Positions 27,312 to 40,085 are shown, numbered from the stretch's first letter. The stretch: DNA of 64,000 nucleotides from an uncultured Spirochaetaceae bacterium (GCA_964397655.1 CAYNKA010000014.1:23234-87233); one strand, 5' to 3'. Numbers and translations are program-made. Notes: generated by a model from the letters alone, not told the origin.

Positions 27312-28731
27312 TCGGAGCCTCCGTGAAGGCGTCGTCTCCCGACTTGAAGGCTTTGAGCGTGTCGGCAGTGAGCAGAACGGAGAGTATGAAGGTGAGCCCG
27401 TCGGCTGCCGCCTGACTCACCTGGATCCCCGTCAGGCCGAGAGTCCGCGAAAGGATCGTGATGATCGGTACGAAGAGCAGCCCCTGCCGGGAGAGGGCGA
27501 GAATCGAGGCCCTCGCGGGCTTGCCAATGTACTGAAACATCATGTTCGAAATGACGATGAAGACCGTGAACGGAAGCGTGATGCATTGCATCCTCAGGGC
27601 GAAGGCGCCGACCCTGACGACTTCGGGATCGTTCCGGAAGGCTTGGATGACGAAGGGAGCGAAGACGCCCGAGGCCAGGGAAAATACGACGAAGACTCCC
27701 GTGCCGACCTTCACCGTGAACCAGAAGGCGTCGTATACCCTTCGCCTGAGCCCGGCTCCGTAATTGAAAGCGGCAACGGGTTGGAATCCTTGGCCGAAGC
27801 CGATCATGAACGAAGCCATGAACATCATGAGCCTCGTCACGACCGACATGCCTGCGATCGCGGCATCGCCGTACGAAGAAGCGGCGTTGTTCAGGACTAT
27901 GGCGGAAAAACTCACGAGAAACTGCCGGAGGAAGGTCGGAGTCCCCGAGCGGAGGATCTCGAGATAGAGGCCGCCCTCCAAGGAAACCTGTCCGGGCGAG
28001 ATGCGCAGGGCGCTTCTCCGGTTCACGTAATGGGAAAGCAGAATGAGGAAGCCGATGAGCTGACTCAGGACGGTTGCGATCGCCGCCCCCTTGATGCCGA
28101 GGCCGAAGGTGAATATGAAGAGCGGATCGAGGGCGATGTTGATGACCGCGCCGCTGCCGATGCCCATGAGGGCGAGAACCGCGCTTCCTTCGGAACGCAG
28201 GTTGACGTTCATGACGAAGGAGGCCGCCATGATGGGCGCCCCGAGAAGAATCCATCCGGCGTAATCCCTCGCGAAGGGCAGGATGGTGTCGGTGGATCCG
28301 AGGAGCCGGAGGAGCGGGTCCAGGAAGATCTCGCCGGCCGCCGTGATCGCCGAACCGCAGAGTATCGCCAGGAAGAAGGCGGAGGATACGACCCGGGCCG
28401 CGAGCTCCGGTTTCCTCTGCCCGAGGAGTCTCGCGACATAGCTCCCCGAGCCGACCCCGAAGGTCATGCCGATGACCTGGATGATCGCCATGATCGAAAA
28501 GACGATTCCGACGGCTCCGGTCGCGCTGGTCCCTATCTTGCCGACGAAGTAGGTGTCCGCCATGTTGTAGAGGGCGGTCACCACCATGCTGATGATGGTG
28601 GGAACCGCGAGGCTCATGATGAGCCGCGAGACGGGTTCGGTCGTCATGCGTTCGTAACGGGCGTTGGGTTCATTACCGATTTTCAAGATTCGTGTTCCTT
28701 TTACAAGCATAATAGTTGCAAATGCAACCAT
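27304..28731 (-). CDS. MATE family efflux transporter
   Basis: 475 aa with twelve TM helices and a MATE-like duplicated architecture. Confidence 0.85.
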   Translation of the reverse strand: MVAFATIMLVKGTRILKIGNEPNARYERMTTEPVSRLIMSLAVPTIISMVVTALYNMADTYFVGKIGTSATGAVGIVFSIMAIIQVIGMTFGVGSGSYVARLLGQRKPELAARVVSSAFFLAILCGSAITAAGEIFLDPLLRLLGSTDTILPFARDYAGWILLGAPIMAASFVMNVNLRSEGSAVLALMGIGSGAVINIALDPLFIFTFGLGIKGAAIATVLSQLIGFLILLSHYVNRRSALRISPGQVSLEGGLYLEILRSGTPTFLRQFLVSFSAIVLNNAASSYGDAAIAGMSVVTRLMMFMASFMIGFGQGFQPVAAFNYGAGLRRRVYDAFWFTVKVGTGVFVVFSLASGVFAPFVIQAFRNDPEVVRVGAFALRMQCITLPFTVFIVISNMMFQYIGKPARASILALSRQGLLFVPIITILSRTLGLTGIQVSQAAADGLTFILSVLLTADTLKAFKSGDDAFTEAPNA

Positions 28732-28779
28732 TATGCAAGAGAGGGACCCCTCGAAAGCAAGGCTTCGTTTGCCGCCCGC

Positions 28780-29652
28780 TCATTTTCCGTCGACGAGGAG
28801 AGAGTACAGGCGTTCGAGGTCATCCATGGAAAAATAGGATATCTCGACGCTTCCCTTCTTTCCGGTCCCTTTTATGCGGACCTTCGTGCCGAGCACGTCG
28901 AGGAGCTTCTGCTCCATCTCCCTGAGTTCCGGTATTTTCTGCTTCGGTATCTTTTCCCGCTTTTCCCCCGAGGCCCTTATCCCCTTGTTGAGATCGGCGG
29001 AGAGGTTTTCCGCTTCGCGTACCGAAAGCCCTCCCGCCACGATCCTATTGAACAGGATCCTCTGGTCCGCGGGATTGATCACGGCGAGGATCGCGCGGGC
29101 ATGACCCGGCGAGATTTCCCGCTTGTTCAGGGCCTGCTGCATGTCATCCGGGAGCTTGAGGAGTCTGAGGGAGTTGGCGACCGTGGACCGGTTCTTGCCC
29201 AGTCGCGCGGAAAGATCCTCCTGGCTCAGGGCGGAAGCCTCCATCAGTCTTTTAAAGGCCTGAGCCTCTTCGATGGGAGTCAGGTCCTCCCGCTGAATGT
29301 TCTCGATGAGGGCTATTTCGAGTTTTTCCTGCTCCGAAAAACCGCGAACGATGACGGGGATCTCCTGAAGTCCCGCGAGCTTCGCCGCCCTCCACCGGCG
29401 CTCTCCCGCCAGGATGAGGAAGGATCCGTCGTCGCGGTTCTCCACCAGGATCGGCTGCAGGACCCCCTTCTCCCTGACGGAGTCGGCGAGTTCGCGGAGC
29501 GAATCCTCGGAGAACTCCTTCCGAGGCTGATCGGGATTCGGGGATATTCTGGAAATCGGCACGGTCTTGATGCCCGCGGCTCCGTCTTCGGCTCCTTCCG
29601 CCTGGGTCTGAAAAAGCGCGTCGATCCCCTTGCCCAAAGCCCGCTTAGACAC
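28780..29652 (-). CDS. parB: chromosome partitioning protein ParB/Spo0J
   Basis: 290 aa with the ParB box GERRWRAA and an HTH. Confidence 0.9.
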   Translation of the reverse strand: MSKRALGKGIDALFQTQAEGAEDGAAGIKTVPISRISPNPDQPRKEFSEDSLRELADSVREKGVLQPILVENRDDGSFLILAGERRWRAAKLAGLQEIPVIVRGFSEQEKLEIALIENIQREDLTPIEEAQAFKRLMEASALSQEDLSARLGKNRSTVANSLRLLKLPDDMQQALNKREISPGHARAILAVINPADQRILFNRIVAGGLSVREAENLSADLNKGIRASGEKREKIPKQKIPELREMEQKLLDVLGTKVRIKGTGKKGSVEISYFSMDDLERLYSLLVDGK

Positions 29653-30400
29653 GTTCGAGCACCTCTTCCGCGAGTTTCTTGTAGCTCTTCGCCCCGACGC
29701 AGGCCGGATCGTAGAGATTGATGGGCACCGAATGAGAGGGAGCCTCGGACAGGCGTACGTTGCGCGGAATGATGGTCTTGAATACTTTCTTCCCGAAATA
29801 TCCGCAGACTTCCTGTACGACGTCGTTCGCGAGCCTGGTCCGCGAATCGTACATGGTGAAGAGGATTCCCCCCACCTCGAGCCTGCGGTTGATGCCTTCC
29901 TGGATGCGCTTCACCGTCTCAAGCAGGAGGCTCAAGCCCTCGAGCGCGAAATACTCGCATTGAAGAGGAATGATCACCGCGTCGGCGGCGGCGAGCCCGT
30001 TGAGCGTCAGGATACCGAGGGAAGGAGGACAATCGATGAAGATGAAGTCGAAGTCGTTCTTCACTGGCGAAAGCACGTTCCGAAGGTAATAAGCCCGGTC
30101 GTCCTTGTCAACGAGCTCAACGTTCGCTCCGGTGAGGTTGATGCTCGAGGCCGCGATGAAGAGGTTCGTCACCGGAGTTTTCTGGATGACGTCCTTCACC
30201 TGGACCTTCCCGTTGATGGCTTCGTAGATGCCCGCCTGGGATGATTTGGCCCCGACACTGCTCGAAAGGTTCCCCTGCGGATCGAAATCGATGAGCAATA
30301 CTTTTTTCCCCGCCTCGGCGATGTACGCTCCCAAGTTGGAGGCGGTGGTGGTCTTCCCCACACCGCCCTTCTGGTTGGCGAATACTACTGTTTTTCCCAT
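29645..30400 (-). CDS. parA: chromosome partitioning ATPase ParA/Soj
   Basis: Start at internal MGKTVVFANQKGGVGKTTT (deviant Walker A). The 51 aa N-terminal extension in the track ORF is rejected. Confidence 0.9.
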   Translation of the reverse strand: MGKTVVFANQKGGVGKTTTASNLGAYIAEAGKKVLLIDFDPQGNLSSSVGAKSSQAGIYEAINGKVQVKDVIQKTPVTNLFIAASSINLTGANVELVDKDDRAYYLRNVLSPVKNDFDFIFIDCPPSLGILTLNGLAAADAVIIPLQCEYFALEGLSLLLETVKRIQEGINRRLEVGGILFTMYDSRTRLANDVVQEVCGYFGKKVFKTIIPRNVRLSEAPSHSVPINLYDPACVGAKSYKKLAEEVLERV

Positions 30401-30512
30401 CCGCGACAGTATACAAAAAGCTCGAAAAAAAAGCCACCGTAAAATATCCCAGTTGAAAAACGCTCCGCCCGGTTTTCCGAGAATGCGTTCATCCGGACGG
30501 GGTCTTCCCCAT

Positions 30513-31802
30513 TCACGCGAGAACACGCCTTCTTTCGTAGATCTCGAGAACATCGGGAAAAGGTTTCAGGACCCTGGGAAACACACCCTGGGCCCATCCC
30601 AGGAAGAGTCCGTAGTTCGTCACGGGAATCCCGGCCTGCCGGAAGCTTTCCAGCCTCGCCAGAACCGCCCTCCGTTTCAACATGCAGCTCCCGCAATGAA
30701 TGACGCCGTGGATTTTCCCGAGCTCCTCGCCTTTCGGAACGTCGCGGGAATAGACGAACTCCGCCCTCGGCCGCATGAGCTGGCGGAACAGCCGCGGGAT
30801 CTTCACGGTCCCGATGTCGTCGGCCTTCTGATGATGGGAACACCCTTCGAGCACGAGGATCCTCGGCTCCTCCTGCAGCGACTCGAACCTGGAAAGCCCG
30901 TCGACGTAAAAAGCGAGATCCCCCTTCTTCCGAGCGAACAGGATGGAAAACGAGGTGAGGAGCTGGTCTTCCGGAAGTTCGGCCGCCACCTTGTGGAAGG
31001 CCTGGCTGTCGGTGATGACGATAGCCGGCCTCTCCTTCAACTTCGCGAAGAACGATCCGAGTTCGCGCTCCTTCACGACCATGCAGCCGCAGTCCCGGTC
31101 CAGGAGATCCCGGATCGTCTCGACCTGCGGAAGGATGAGTCTTCCCGCGGGAGCCCCGAGGTCCACGGGCGTCACGAGGACGGCGAGATCCCCTTCCCGC
31201 ACGAGACCCTCGACCGGCGTGGGCTCCGGGTCGACGAGGTCCCCGAACTGAGCGAGGCGCTTCCTGAACTCCTCGATCCCCTTGCCCGAGACGTTGTCGA
31301 CTTCCACCGCCGCGAACTCGCTCCCGGAGACCGAGACAAGGCCGGGAGCCGCGGCCGAAAGCGGCTTTCCCGCGGCGGCCCTTTTCACAAGGTCGGCCTT
31401 CGAGGGGTCCTTCACCCGGTCGGAAAAGCTCAGCACGATCAGGACGGGTTTTCCCGTCCAACGGTCGAGAAGGGCTTTTTCCCTCGCGTCCCAGGGCCTG
31501 TCCGAGGCCGTCACGAGGACCAGGATGTCCGCTCCGGCCAGGGCCGCCGTGCTTTTCCCGACGCGGCTCGCACCGAGCCCTTCCTCGTAGTCGTCGAGGC
31601 CGGCGGTGTCGGTCACGGCGGCGGGACCGAGCGCGTCCAGTTCGATCCGGCGCGTCACCGGATCGGTCGTGGTACCCGGCTTGGCGGAAACGATCGAAGC
31701 GTCCTGCCTGAGCAGGTTGTTCATGAGGGAGCTTTTTCCGGCGTTCCTGAGTCCCGCTAAAACAATGCGTATGGATTCCGCGAGGGGCGTGGTCGTGTTC
31801 AT
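30513..31802 (-). CDS. hydF: [FeFe]-hydrogenase H-cluster maturation GTPase HydF
   Basis: N-terminal GTPase (GLRNAGKSSLMN, DTAG) and the C-terminal CxH...HCxxC motif (GCSHH...HCGSCM) typical of HydF. Confidence 0.75.
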   Translation of the reverse strand: MNTTTPLAESIRIVLAGLRNAGKSSLMNNLLRQDASIVSAKPGTTTDPVTRRIELDALGPAAVTDTAGLDDYEEGLGASRVGKSTAALAGADILVLVTASDRPWDAREKALLDRWTGKPVLIVLSFSDRVKDPSKADLVKRAAAGKPLSAAAPGLVSVSGSEFAAVEVDNVSGKGIEEFRKRLAQFGDLVDPEPTPVEGLVREGDLAVLVTPVDLGAPAGRLILPQVETIRDLLDRDCGCMVVKERELGSFFAKLKERPAIVITDSQAFHKVAAELPEDQLLTSFSILFARKKGDLAFYVDGLSRFESLQEEPRILVLEGCSHHQKADDIGTVKIPRLFRQLMRPRAEFVYSRDVPKGEELGKIHGVIHCGSCMLKRRAVLARLESFRQAGIPVTNYGLFLGWAQGVFPRVLKPFPDVLEIYERRRVLA

Positions 31803-31811
31803 TTCCTCTCC

Positions 31812-33152
31812 TTACAAGGTTCTCGGATCGATGCGCTTCATGAGTTCCTCCCGGTCCAGTCCCGTGAGTTCCGCGACGCGGGCAACCACGGCCTTAAGCC
31901 CGACGGGACGTTCCTTCTCCAGGATTTCGGCGACCCTCTTCAGGTCGCGGTACCCCACGACCCCGAGGAGCGTGTTGAGCAGGGCCGGTGACGAGGACAG
32001 GTTCGATTCTATGCGCTCCTCGTCGGGCAAAAGGAGCGGCAGTACCTTGATCGCCGCGTCGAGAGCTCGGCACAGGGTATCGGCGCACCTGATGAAAGCG
32101 TCCGCGAGAAAGGGAAGATAGGCGTTGAGCTGGAACTGCCCCTCGTCCGCGAAGTCCATGACCAAGGCGGCCTCCCTGGTTGCGACGAAGGCCGTGCCGC
32201 GAAGGTATTCCAGCAACACCGGGTTCGTCTTCATCGGCATGATCGTCGATCCGTATTGGAGCTTCGGGTGGCGAAGCTCGCCGACCGCCGAGGAGGAATA
32301 GAGAAGGAGGTCCGCCGCTATGCGGGAGAGGTTCCCGGCACACAACCTCAGGCCGGACGCGGCCTCTCCGATCGCGTCCTGGTGAGCGACCTCGTCCGGC
32401 AGGTTATGGCTCCTGCAGAGCGGAAGTCCGGTGATCGCCCGGAGGTGTTTCTCCGCGAGGAATACGTAGTCGCGGGGCGCGGAAAAGCAGTTCCCCACGG
32501 CAGTTCCGCCCAAGGCTATCAGCCTGATCCGCTCGAGAAGCTTGCGAAACCTCCACCGGTCCCGCTCCATCATTCCGGCCCAGGAGCCGAAGACCTGTCC
32601 CAGGGTCATGGGCAGCGCGTCCTGCAGTTCGGTTCGCCCCAGGATCACGATTCCCGCATAAGACCTTTCGCGTTCCACGAGAAGCTCCTGCAGGGACTCG
32701 ACCAGTTTCTCGATCTGCGAAAGCCTGCGGAAAACGACGATCTTCACCGCCGTCGGGAAGGTGTCGTTCGTCGACTGAAAACGGTTGATGTCGCCGAGCG
32801 GATCCGCCTTCCAGGCAGACGCTGTCTCTCCGCTTTCCCCGAAGAGACGGTTCGACCGGGCGGCGACGACCTCGTTCAGGTTCATGTGGAGACTCGTCCC
32901 TGCCCCGCCCTGCCCGAGCGGTAGGGGGAAATGCCCGTCCAGGTCGCCGCCTATCACCTCGTCGACCGCCTCGAGTACGAAGGGAAAAACGGTTTCCGGA
33001 TAGAGTTTTGCCGTTTCCTGTTGAGCGAGGAGAGCGGCCTTCTTCACCTCGCCGTAGGCCCGGATGAGCTCCCGGGGAGTTTTTCCGCGGCCGAAGGAGG
33101 ACAGCGCCGCTTCGGTCTGGTCGCCCCAGTACGATTCGCAGGCTCTTTTCAT
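31812..33152 (-). CDS. aspartate ammonia-lyase / class II fumarase family protein
   Basis: 446 aa with the fumarate-lyase signature GSTIMPMKTNP and the N-terminus ESYWGDQTEAAL. Aspartase-family genes are, as far as I recall, recurrently linked with hydEFG. Confidence 0.7.
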   Translation of the reverse strand: MKRACESYWGDQTEAALSSFGRGKTPRELIRAYGEVKKAALLAQQETAKLYPETVFPFVLEAVDEVIGGDLDGHFPLPLGQGGAGTSLHMNLNEVVAARSNRLFGESGETASAWKADPLGDINRFQSTNDTFPTAVKIVVFRRLSQIEKLVESLQELLVERERSYAGIVILGRTELQDALPMTLGQVFGSWAGMMERDRWRFRKLLERIRLIALGGTAVGNCFSAPRDYVFLAEKHLRAITGLPLCRSHNLPDEVAHQDAIGEAASGLRLCAGNLSRIAADLLLYSSSAVGELRHPKLQYGSTIMPMKTNPVLLEYLRGTAFVATREAALVMDFADEGQFQLNAYLPFLADAFIRCADTLCRALDAAIKVLPLLLPDEERIESNLSSSPALLNTLLGVVGYRDLKRVAEILEKERPVGLKAVVARVAELTGLDREELMKRIDPRTL

Positions 33153-33227
33153 TCCGTTCCTTCTCCATGTCCGGCGGATCGTATTCTCGGGAATTTTTCA
33201 GCAGATGCCGCAGGCAGCGGAAAGAGG

Positions 33228-33506
33228 CTAATGGAGACCTTCGGTCGCATTGTTCGGCTCCTTGTATCGGGTAAGGAGGGATTTGACCTGTATTCCAGGG
33301 AGCCTTCCAATTTTACCCGTCAAGGCGCCTATCTCGTCGGTAGTTCCTTCGACGATCAATGAAATGACATGGACGCCCTTGTCGCGGATGGGAAGTCCCT
33401 GTCGTCCATAGATCAAATCTCCGAAGTCGGAAAGGATCGTGTTCAGAGAATTGACGCTCGTTTTTTCTTCGATGAGGATCGCAACGACTCCGAGTCTCTT
33501 CTCCAT
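33228..33506 (-). CDS. small ACT-like protein, TM1266-type putative iron-only hydrogenase system regulator
   Basis: 92 aa. MEKRLGVVAILIEEK...VNSLNTILSDFGDLIYGRQGLP fits the TM1266 family, which usually accompanies hydE/F/G. Confidence 0.45.
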   Translation of the reverse strand: MEKRLGVVAILIEEKTSVNSLNTILSDFGDLIYGRQGLPIRDKGVHVISLIVEGTTDEIGALTGKIGRLPGIQVKSLLTRYKEPNNATEGLH

Positions 33507-33681
33507 CGGACCGCCTCTGGATCGGATAGAATTTCGGCTCCTCGAAACAAGAAATCCCGTTTCTCAGACACGTCAAGGATAGATAATTTTTTCTTGAATT
33601 GCAAGAGGCTTCGATTGACGAAATTATACTAAAAAAGTATTATTTTTGTATGCATGATCCCGGACGGGAGAAGGAGTATAT

Positions 33682-33906
33682 ATGCTGAAAGAAAAGGTAT
33701 TGGCCGCCATTCAGGACGTCCGGCCATCGTTGCAGGCGGACGGAGGAGATATAGAGCTCGTTGACGTCGACGAAGCGGGTAAGGTGAAAGTCCGCCTCAA
33801 AGGAGCCTGCCACGGTTGTCCCATGGCTCAGATGACTTTGAAGCAGGGAGTGGAAAAATATCTCAAAAAGACGGTGCCGGAAGTCAAAACGGTCGAATCC
33901 GTGTAA
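33682..33906 (+). CDS. NifU-like (Nfu-type) Fe-S cluster assembly domain protein
   Basis: 74 aa with DGGDIELV...[18 protein letters not shown]. Confidence 0.75.
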   Translation: MLKEKVLAAIQDVRPSLQADGGDIELVDVDEAGKVKVRLKGACHGCPMAQMTLKQGVEKYLKKTVPEVKTVESV

Positions 33907-34107
33907 CGCGTCACCTTCGAGGCGCTTTGCTCGAGGCGATTTCAAAAACCTCAGAAAAAATCGGTTCGAGAAGAAAGATTCACGAGTTCAAAAAGAACGT
34001 TATTCTTTCCCTGCCGGCGAATGTCGAGGAATTCCTTATGGGGTTGAAAATTCTTTGAAATCTATTAGATTTAATGATACGATAAAGTCGGAAATCAAAG
34101 GATTGAT

Positions 34108-35148
34108 ATGATGCATGACTCGATATCGAAAAATCGATGGAAGCTTTTTCCGAAGATAGAACTTCACCGGCATCTAGAAGGTACCTTTGAACTTAAAACC
34201 CTTTTTCAAATAGCGAAAAATAACAAGCTCGATGTCCCAGGAGACCTCGAAACCTTCAAAAGTTTCTTTCAATTTCCCAAGGATTCCAAACCCGATTTCC
34301 AGCTTTTCCTTTCGAAGTTCAAGAACGACTGGTATCGAAGCCATGAAGACGTCTTCAACATCACTTACGAATCGGTAAAGACTTTCGCCGACGACGGAAT
34401 TTTCTATATCGAGCTTCGCTTCAATCCCGAGCATTTCGCGGCATTCAATAATTTTGATCGCATGGACGTGATCAACATCGTCTGCGAGGCGGGAAACAAG
34501 GCGGCCGGAGAAACGGGAATCAGGCTGAAATATCTCATCACCTTCAACCGGGGGAAGCACGAGTTGAAGGATATGATCAAACTCTACCAGAAGATAGCCG
34601 CGCACGACCTTCCGGACATCGTCGGCATCGACCTCGCAGGCGACGAAGAGCATTTCCGTGTCGACCTGTTCGCCAAGTTGTTTCAGATTATAAAGGATGA
34701 CAAGAAATATCGGAGCACGATTCATGCCGGCGAAGTCACGCCGTCTTCGGAAATCTGGTCGGCGATCAAGCTGAACGCGGCTCGGATCGGGCACGGCACC
34801 GCCACCATCCATGACGCGAAGCTGCAGGACTACCTGAAGGAGCACAGGATCGCGCTCGAACAGTGCATTACGTCGAATTATCAGACCGGATCCTGGCCCG
34901 ATGAAAAAAACCATCCCATCGGCAGGCTGTTCCGTTCCGGCGTGCCAGTCACCATCAACTCGGACGATCCGACGATACAGGATACCGATCTTTCCGACGA
35001 TTACCATAAAGCGGCGGATTATTTCGCATTCACTCCCGCGGACTTCACGAAGCTCAACCTGACCGCGATCGAAACCTGCTTTTTGCCGGACAAGGAAAAG
35101 GAAAGCCTCAGAGCCGACTACCTCGACGCGGTAAAGAAATTTACCTGA
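34108..35148 (+). CDS. add: adenosine/adenine deaminase family protein
   Basis: The N-terminus has the metal-binding motif ELHRHLEG; HAGE and TINSDDPT follow further in. GC is markedly lower than in the surrounding genes. Confidence 0.75.
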   Translation: MMHDSISKNRWKLFPKIELHRHLEGTFELKTLFQIAKNNKLDVPGDLETFKSFFQFPKDSKPDFQLFLSKFKNDWYRSHEDVFNITYESVKTFADDGIFYIELRFNPEHFAAFNNFDRMDVINIVCEAGNKAAGETGIRLKYLITFNRGKHELKDMIKLYQKIAAHDLPDIVGIDLAGDEEHFRVDLFAKLFQIIKDDKKYRSTIHAGEVTPSSEIWSAIKLNAARIGHGTATIHDAKLQDYLKEHRIALEQCITSNYQTGSWPDEKNHPIGRLFRSGVPVTINSDDPTIQDTDLSDDYHKAADYFAFTPADFTKLNLTAIETCFLPDKEKESLRADYLDAVKKFT

Positions 35149-35187
35149 AGCAGTCCATCATCCGATTCGTATTCCCTCTCCGTTGCG

Positions 35188-35220
35188 AAAAAAAGCCCCG
35201 TGAAACCGGGGCTTTTTTCA
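35188..35220. terminator. bidirectional rho-independent terminator between add and gyrA
   Basis: aaaaaaaGCCCCGtgaaacCGGGGCttttttt has A/T tracts on both sides. Confidence 0.6.
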
Positions 35221-35276
35221 AGGAGATTGTTTCACGTGAAACAATGCGTCGCGGATGACGCTGTTGACGAATCGCC

Positions 35277-37751
35277 TTATTCGCCGGTTTCTTCTTCTTC
35301 GACTCCCTTTTCGGCCTTGTCCACGCCGACGACGAAATCGGGTTGGTCGATATTGACGATCCTCACGCCCTGGGCAGTTTTCCCCTGCGTGGTGATGTCG
35401 GAGACCCGGACCTTGATCGCGGTCCCCTGTGAGGTGATGGCGACGATTTCCGCCTCCTCGGTCACCGAAAGCACCCCGGCGATTTCGCCCGTCTTCGGAT
35501 TCGTTTTATAGGCTATCTGTCCGCCGGTTCCGCGGCCGTGGGGCTGGAAATTTTCGTACTCCACACGCTTCCCGTAACCGTATTCGGTGACGATGAACAT
35601 CCTTTCATTCTCGCTGATGACTACGGCTCCGGCGAGCTCGTCTCCCGAGGCCAGTTTAATGCCTTGGACGCCGTGGGAGGCTCTTCCCATTGCACGGACG
35701 TTTTCTTCGTGGAAGCGAAGACCTCTTCCTTTTCGGGTAAGCAGGAGCAGTTCGTTCTGTCCCGTCGTCAGGAGCGCGCTGACAACCTTGTCGCCGCTGT
35801 CGAGCTTGATCGCCGCGATTCCCCGGGTCTTCGCGTTCTGGAAATCCGAGGTGGTGACCTTCTTGACGACTCCCTTACTGGTGGCGAAGAAAATATGGGT
35901 TTCGTCCGAGAATTCCTTCAAGGAAACAACAGCCGCTATCTCTTCGTTCGCGGTTATGGACAGAAGGGCCTTCATGTGTTGACCCCGATTCGTCTTGGAT
36001 CCTTCGGGAATTTCATGCACCTTCAGGTAGAAGGCCCGCCCTTCGCTGGTCACGAAGAAAATGTATTCATGCGTCGAAGCGATGAAGATCTTGTTGATGA
36101 AGTCTTCTTCCTTCAGAACCGTTGAGGAGGAGCCCTTTCCGCCCCGCCCCTGGGTTCGGTACGCGCTTACGGGAATTCTCTTGATGAATCCTCGTGACGA
36201 GATGAGGACTACCATGTCCTCCTTTTGGATGAGGTCTTCGATGTTGAACGATTCGATCTCTTCCGCGAGGATCTCGGTCCTTCTTTCGTCGCCGAACTGC
36301 GAGGCGAGCTCCATAGTCTCGGTCTTCACGACGCCGAGGATCTTTTCCTCGCTCGCGAGGAGGGCTTTCAGTTCGGCGATGAGCGCGAGCGTGGCCTTGA
36401 GTTCGTCCATGATCTTCTGCGTTTCAAGGCTCGTGAGCCGTTGGAGACGCAGGTCGAGAATCGCCTGAGCCTGGATCTCGCTGAGACCGAAACGCTCGAT
36501 CAGGCGCGTCCTCGCGATGTCTACGGTTCCGGACTGCTTGATGATCGCGATCACTTCGTCGATATTGTCCAAGGCGATCTTGAGGCCTTCCAGGATATGG
36601 GCCCGTTCCTCCGCCTTCCGCAGCTCGTACTTGCTCCGCCTGATCACGACTTCCCGTCGGTGGGCGATGAAATGCGAAACGATTTCCTTGAGCGAGAGCG
36701 TCTTCGGTCTTCCTCCCACGAGTGCGAGGTTGTTGACGCTGAAATTCACCTGGAGCTGGGTGTGGGTGAAAAGATAATTCAGGATGATCTTCGGACTCAC
36801 GCCCTTTTTCAATTCTATGACGATCCGCATGCCGTTGCGGTCCGACTCGTCGCGAAGATCGGAAATGCCTTCGAGATGCCTTTCCCGAACCAGGTCGGCT
36901 ATCCTCACGATGAGTGCGGCCTTGTTCACCATGTACGGAATCTCGGTGACGATGATGACGTCTTTTCCGCTTTTGGACGTTTCGATGTTGAATTTGGCGC
37001 GGACAACGATCTTTCCTCTTCCGGTCTCATAGGCGTCGAAGATTCCCTTTTTCCCGAAGATGATGCCCCCGGTCGGAAAATCGGGTCCCTTCAGGTGCTT
37101 CATGAGCCCCCGGTTGTCGATCGAAGGATCGTCGATGCAGGCCGCTATGGCGTGGCAGACCTCGGTGAGGTTGTGAGGCGGCATGTTGGTAGCCATGCCT
37201 ACGGCGATGCCGCTGGTTCCGTTGACGAGAAGGAAAGGCAGGGCGGCCGGAAGAACGAGAGGCTCCGTGAGAGAATCGTCGTAGTTCGGCCCGAAGTCCA
37301 CGGTCTCCTTGCCGATATCCTTGAGCATCTCCTCGGCGAGCTTGGTCATCCTCGCTTCGGTGTACCGCATGGCCGCGGGCGGATCGCCGTCGATGGAACC
37401 GAAGTTGCCCTGACCCTGGACCATCATGTAGCGCATCGAAAAATCCTGGGCGAGTCTCACGAGGGCGTCGTAGATGCTCGCGTCCCCGTGCGGATGATAC
37501 TTTCCGAGAACGTCCCCGACGATCCTGGCGGTTTTCTTGTACGGCTGGTTCGGATGAAGCCCCATCTCGTTCATGCCGTAGAGGATTCTCCGGTGTACGG
37601 GCTTCAATCCGTCTCGTACGTCGGGAAGCGCCCGGGACACGATGACGGACATCGCATAGTTGAGATAGGAACCTTTTATTTCATCTTCCATCGATACCGG
37701 AATGAGTTTTCCCTGTCCCTCAGCCACAGCGGACTCCTTGCTATTCTCCAT
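35277..37751 (-). CDS. gyrA: DNA gyrase subunit A
   Basis: 824 aa with the catalytic Tyr context AMRYTE and GyrA-box beta-pinwheel repeats. Confidence 0.95.
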   Translation of the reverse strand: MENSKESAVAEGQGKLIPVSMEDEIKGSYLNYAMSVIVSRALPDVRDGLKPVHRRILYGMNEMGLHPNQPYKKTARIVGDVLGKYHPHGDASIYDALVRLAQDFSMRYMMVQGQGNFGSIDGDPPAAMRYTEARMTKLAEEMLKDIGKETVDFGPNYDDSLTEPLVLPAALPFLLVNGTSGIAVGMATNMPPHNLTEVCHAIAACIDDPSIDNRGLMKHLKGPDFPTGGIIFGKKGIFDAYETGRGKIVVRAKFNIETSKSGKDVIIVTEIPYMVNKAALIVRIADLVRERHLEGISDLRDESDRNGMRIVIELKKGVSPKIILNYLFTHTQLQVNFSVNNLALVGGRPKTLSLKEIVSHFIAHRREVVIRRSKYELRKAEERAHILEGLKIALDNIDEVIAIIKQSGTVDIARTRLIERFGLSEIQAQAILDLRLQRLTSLETQKIMDELKATLALIAELKALLASEEKILGVVKTETMELASQFGDERRTEILAEEIESFNIEDLIQKEDMVVLISSRGFIKRIPVSAYRTQGRGGKGSSSTVLKEEDFINKIFIASTHEYIFFVTSEGRAFYLKVHEIPEGSKTNRGQHMKALLSITANEEIAAVVSLKEFSDETHIFFATSKGVVKKVTTSDFQNAKTRGIAAIKLDSGDKVVSALLTTGQNELLLLTRKGRGLRFHEENVRAMGRASHGVQGIKLASGDELAGAVVISENERMFIVTEYGYGKRVEYENFQPHGRGTGGQIAYKTNPKTGEIAGVLSVTEEAEIVAITSQGTAIKVRVSDITTQGKTAQGVRIVNIDQPDFVVGVDKAEKGVEEEETGE

Positions 37752-37795
37752 AGCCGATCGTATGTTCGATTATATAAATTTTTTGATAAGGTATA

Positions 37796-39724
<1,929 letters not shown>

Positions 39725-39859
39725 TTATATAAATTGGAAGAAAAAAAGTAAAGTCTCCCGGGAGTTCCCTCACAAGGAGTTTCAATTTACTTGCGCGGAG
39801 AAGAGGAATGGACTACAATCTGTATTTCTGGCAGGTGCTATTGACCTGATTTTCGCATA

Positions 39860-40073
39860 TGTGTATAACCTGTGGATATTTTTTGAGTCACCCTAAGGAG
39901 TGAATATTACCGATCGAATAATATAGCAGATTTTTAGATAAAACCAAGTGATTTTAAGACTTTGGAGATTTTTTGGTTTTATTTTACCATTCTTTTCGGC
40001 ATAAAAATGGAGGAAGCGGGTTCCTGGAAATCGGGTTCTCATCCGCGTATTCTGTGTATAACTTGTTGATAAT
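39860..40073. promoter_or_regulatory. dnaA upstream region with DnaA-box-like 9-mers and an AT-rich stretch
   Basis: TGTGTATAA at 39860-39868 and again at 40053-40061, TGTGGATAT at 39871-39879, TTGTTGATAA at 40064-40073. An AT-rich run lies around 39950-40010. Confidence 0.5.
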
Positions 40074-40085
40074 CTGAGGAAATAC

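Noticed and set aside
29645-30553. N-terminal extensions of track ORFs. Examples: parA 302 aa, dnaN from 41652, yidC from 45014, gcvT from 51328, metK from 58380, kbl to 50134, and the lipoprotein from 15862.
   Set aside because: The conserved N-terminal motifs and RBS positions indicate internal starts. The extensions overlap neighbouring genes.
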